Positions 61,715 through 64,000 of a stretch of DNA of 64,000 nt are shown piece after piece. The position numbers and the translations under genes are program-made. The DNA comes from Nitrospinaceae bacterium (GTDB lineage Bacteria; Nitrospinota; Nitrospinia; Nitrospinales; Nitrospinaceae): the NCBI GenBank assembly GCA_965223665.1, contig OZ245011.1, positions 640,001 through 704,000 on the forward strand, written 5' to 3'. How positions within the stretch are numbered: the first letter of the stretch is position 1; each line of letters starts with the position of its first letter. The notes under the pieces were generated by a model. The model was not told where the DNA came from and ran no database searches. It saw only the letters and a program-made list of their open reading frames with translations.

Positions 61715-63603
61715 ACTTTCACGGGAATTTTATTCGATAATTTTTCATTTTTTTCTTTGAAAGTTTTTATTAGAACCTTGATCTCTTTTTGAAGTGTTTG
61801 AATAAATTCCATATCCCTTTCAAATATTTTTTCTTTGATTTCTTCCATTGGTTCGGAATATTCCAATAAAGCTATTTGGTACGATTCTCTATTCCATTTA
61901 AGAAAAATCTCCACCAGTATATTTTGCAAAAAAAGAAATAAATCTGGTTTGTTTTTTAAATAAATCCAAAAATTTTGGATCTCATTTGAGAATAAATGTT
62001 TTCTATCATTTGTGGCTGAATTTTCATCAATTTTTAAAAATATATTATTTATTAAATCAAGGAGATGAAAATAAGAGTTTAATTCTCCTCTTAACGCTAC
62101 CCTCACTTTTTCTATTACTTTATGATTAAGGGGTTTATTAACTATTTTAAAGTTATTTGATTCTAGTTTCTTATTGGGAAATTGAAAAAGAATTTCTTTC
62201 AAACTTACATTGGGAATATTTGGAATTGAAATCCCACCTTCTGTGGCATTTAGTAGTAATGAATTTTGAGCAATATCTTTAGAAAATATATTTCTAAAAG
62301 AATCCAAAGCTTGAGTGGTTGTTGATAAATTTCCGAATATATTTCTTGCTGGTTTCATTGATGAAAGATTTTCCTTAAACCGTTGTTTAATGAAAAAGCT
62401 CATGGTCCGTGTTTGCGTGCAGTCCATTTTGTAAGTTTCGTGATAATGAGAATCTGAACAATGGAGACGAGTTTTTTCAAAGGCAAGATCTTGCCCGACT
62501 AAAACCAGTGGACTGCAACCAAAATAATTTCCAATAGAGGCTCCAAAATGAGCAACAGATTGATTTGCTCCTACACTCCCTTTTGAACCGATTAAATTAA
62601 CCACCCATTGATTAAAATTGGTGGTAGATTCAATCACTATTTTTTTTCCAGAAAATCTTTCAATAATTAAAGGTGGGATAGTTGGATTGAAAATTAATGT
62701 TACATTGTGTGGAATGGACTCAAAGTCAAATGAATTGATTGAAATCTCATTAGGATCAATGGCAACCACAAAATCCGGAATAATTCCATTTTTGATTAAA
62801 AATTTTAATGCTGTGGGAACAGAAAACAATAATGATTTTGATTTTGCATTCTTAAGTAATGAAATATTTTTATCTAATGAAGGCCCCGCTGATATTATTA
62901 TTCCCGGAATCCCATGGGCAAAATTTTTAAACTCTTTAATACCAATGGTGCTCATAGTAACTTCCAAATTTGCAATTTCATTATTAAAAAATAATTTAGA
63001 AAAGGCTTCTTGAGTATTTATTTCAATTTTTGTGTTTTGAATAATTTTCTCGAAATTGCTTTCATATTTTTGGTAGTAATCTTTGTGTTTTTTGTATAAG
63101 GATGGGAATTTAAATTTCGTAAAACCATTTATTGCAAAATCATATTTTATTTCTTCGGGAAAATGGATTAGGGTTTCCGGATTTTCACCTATCGAAAAAT
63201 AAACACCAGGGTGACTAAGAATATCCTTCAAATCATTATTTTGCATTGCCATTTCGAATAATTCTCGATCTTTTTCAATGACAAATATTTTTGATTTTAA
63301 AGGTATCTTTTTTATTAATTCTTGGACATGATAGCCTAATCCTAAACCAAAAATTACGTAGTTTATTTCTGGTTTTTTTAATAGGGATTTAATTAGCTTT
63401 TGAGCTTCTTTTTGAGGATCATAACAACTGTGGATGGTTGTCTGCGAGCCATCGGAGGACTTTAGAATAACCCCTGGAAAACCTGTTTTCGATTGCCGAA
63501 TAGAATAACTTCCTCTACCAAATGATTTTTTCATTTGTTCAGTTAATACTGGGAATTTTTTTTCCAGAATGAATAAATTATCTTTTGAGGGAATTATGTT
63601 CAT
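61711..63603 (-). CDS. Motility-associated factor (Maf/DUF115) flagellin glycosyltransferase-like
   Basis: HSCYDP, FGLGLGYH, SAGPSL, VGQDLAF, NATEGG. Confidence 0.85.
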   Translation of the reverse strand: MNIIPSKDNLFILEKKFPVLTEQMKKSFGRGSYSIRQSKTGFPGVILKSSDGSQTTIHSCYDPQKEAQKLIKSLLKKPEINYVIFGLGLGYHVQELIKKIPLKSKIFVIEKDRELFEMAMQNNDLKDILSHPGVYFSIGENPETLIHFPEEIKYDFAINGFTKFKFPSLYKKHKDYYQKYESNFEKIIQNTKIEINTQEAFSKLFFNNEIANLEVTMSTIGIKEFKNFAHGIPGIIISAGPSLDKNISLLKNAKSKSLLFSVPTALKFLIKNGIIPDFVVAIDPNEISINSFDFESIPHNVTLIFNPTIPPLIIERFSGKKIVIESTTNFNQWVVNLIGSKGSVGANQSVAHFGASIGNYFGCSPLVLVGQDLAFEKTRLHCSDSHYHETYKMDCTQTRTMSFFIKQRFKENLSSMKPARNIFGNLSTTTQALDSFRNIFSKDIAQNSLLLNATEGGISIPNIPNVSLKEILFQFPNKKLESNNFKIVNKPLNHKVIEKVRVALRGELNSYFHLLDLINNIFLKIDENSATNDRKHLFSNEIQNFWIYLKNKPDLFLFLQNILVEIFLKWNRESYQIALLEYSEPMEEIKEKIFERDMEFIQTLQKEIKVLIKTFKEKNEKLSNKIPVKV

Positions 63604-63633
63604 CAGGTTGAAAGAATTGAATATTCTTTCATA

Positions 63634-63660
63634 TTATCGGAAATACAATGGAAAACCTGA
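63634..63660 (-). promoter_or_regulatory. Putative sigma28 (FliA) promoter of maf
   Basis: Minus strand TCAGGTTT-11 nt-TCCGATAA versus consensus TAAAGTTT-N11-GCCGATAA. Confidence 0.65.
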
Positions 63661-63662
63661 AG

Positions 63663-64000
63663 TCAACTTAGGGTAAGAGTTTTTTTTTGAGCTCTTAAAA
63701 AAAATAATTCCCAATGGGTGTATACCCCTTGAGGAGAAGAAAAATTTTGGTCATATTGGGAAATAACGGTTCTTAAACCACCTGGTCCATATTTTTTCAG
63801 TGGTGCCGCCCCAATTTGTTGAAGGTTTTTTAATAATTGTCGAGTCCCTGAAAAAAATATTTCCCGGTTTTCTATTTCGAAATCTTTCAAGTCTAAATTC
63901 GCCGCTTTTAAAAGTTCTTCCCATTTATTTTGTGATAATAACCTTGTGGGGCCCTGAAGTCCTGCAGTTTCCCTAAATTCCTTAAGGGTTCTGGGACCAA
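63663..64000 (-). CDS. BioC-like SAM methyltransferase, C-terminal part (truncated by window)
   Basis: Frame open to window edge; GPRTLKEFR and LLKNLQQIGA resemble the BioC C-terminus. Confidence 0.6.
   Translation of the reverse strand, partial: GPRTLKEFRETAGLQGPTRLLSQNKWEELLKAANLDLKDFEIENREIFFSGTRQLLKNLQQIGAAPLKKYGPGGLRTVISQYDQNFSSPQGVYTHWELFFLRAQKKTLTLS

Overview
AT-rich bacterial chromosomal segment that is densely coding, with no rRNA, tRNA, CRISPR array, transposase or prophage visible. The gene repertoire suggests a motile Gram-negative bacterium, possibly Nitrospinota-like (inference, unverified). Housekeeping blocks: fabG-acpP-fabF-rnc-radical SAM, mgtE, a RhlE-like DEAD-box helicase, murJ, thrH, thiD-tenA, coaE, flagellar accessory genes (fliL, FliK-like, FlhB-C-like, maf), two lytic transglycosylases, nth, and a PyrR-attenuated pyrR-pyrB-pyrC-carA-orf-carB operon. 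The strongest candidate for an undescribed system is a putatively Fur-controlled two-gene iron-uptake operon at 15282-19109. It encodes a cytochrome c-FTR1 permease and a PepSY-TM/beta-propeller protein. These two otherwise unrelated proteins end in the same ungapped 50-aa His/Cys-rich, predicted cytoplasmic helical tail, suggesting a split metal-binding four-helix bundle. Other leads are a divergent FabI/FabL-like reductase, a lipoyl-fold protein lacking its lysine, a DUF1338/HglS-like plus FAD dehydrogenase pair, an HPr fused to a duplicated helical domain, a MoxR ATPase with an atypical partner, and a secreted protein that apparently starts at ATT. All calls come from reading motifs by eye; no database searches were run.
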